NCBI GenBank assembly: GCA_050230475.1
Contig: JBFLGF010000126.1
Coordinates: 54,700-74,699 of the forward strand
From: Ancylonema sp.
Taxonomy: Eukaryota
Length of the DNA: 20,000 nucleotides
Direction: 5' to 3'
Below are positions 19,706 through 20,000 of this stretch, piece after piece. The notes beneath the pieces were generated by a model. That model worked only from the letters and a program-made list of their open reading frames with translations. It did not search any database and was not told where the DNA came from. Every line of letters begins with the position of its first letter. Position 1 is the first letter of the stretch. A program made the position numbers and the translations under genes.

Positions 19706-20000
19706 ACTATCCAGGGTCATCAATGTCAGGATCTGGATGCAAGGTTGATTGTTTTGAAACATGAAGCCTACACAAAGAGGTTGTTGTCTCTGCTGGATGG
19801 GTCAAGAAGGGTGGGTGGAGCCGACAATATATGATTTTTTGCGTAGATTGCTTCAATTCAAACTATCGCTCCTCTATATGCATAATTTTCGAAACTTATT
19901 ATTCACTTGACCCAAGTGAGTCCTTGGTGTTTCTTGGGAACAAATACATCTTGCCCGCGCAATGAAATGGATTAGAGGGATGGATGTCTCACTTTCATGA

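Noticed and set aside
1..20000. CRISPR arrays, tRNA/rRNA genes, intact transposase or reverse transcriptase, operon-like novel system
   Set aside because: None seen. The window is intron-rich eukaryotic DNA and the five genes have unrelated functions.

Overview
Eukaryotic nuclear DNA from a green plant. The lineage is probably a streptophyte alga or early-diverging land plant, which is my inference from plastid transit peptides, a plant-type F-box+Tubby fusion, SPO11-1 and strongly G/C-skewed introns. Five intact genes can be assembled by hand, every intron GT-AG: plastid amidophosphoribosyltransferase (+, 5 exons, 299-3365), meiotic SPO11-1 (+, 13 exons, 5651-8437), a Tubby-like F-box protein (-, 5 coding exons, 11624-9560), plastid ribosomal protein L12 (-, intronless, 16048-15488) and cytosolic ribosomal protein S16/uS9 (+, 6 exons, 17855-19705). 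I see no clearly novel multi-gene system. The leads are non-coding or splicing-related: a dense G-box/ABRE cluster upstream of the Tubby gene, a likely 3'UTR intron in that gene (possible NMD trigger), C-rich and G-rich introns flanking one ATase exon, an in-frame retainable SPO11-1 intron, a hairpin and a box C/D-like signature in RPS16 introns, a head-to-head plastid/cytosolic ribosomal protein pair with repeats in the spacer, and a possible inverted-repeat-bounded element at about 13.1-13.8 kb.
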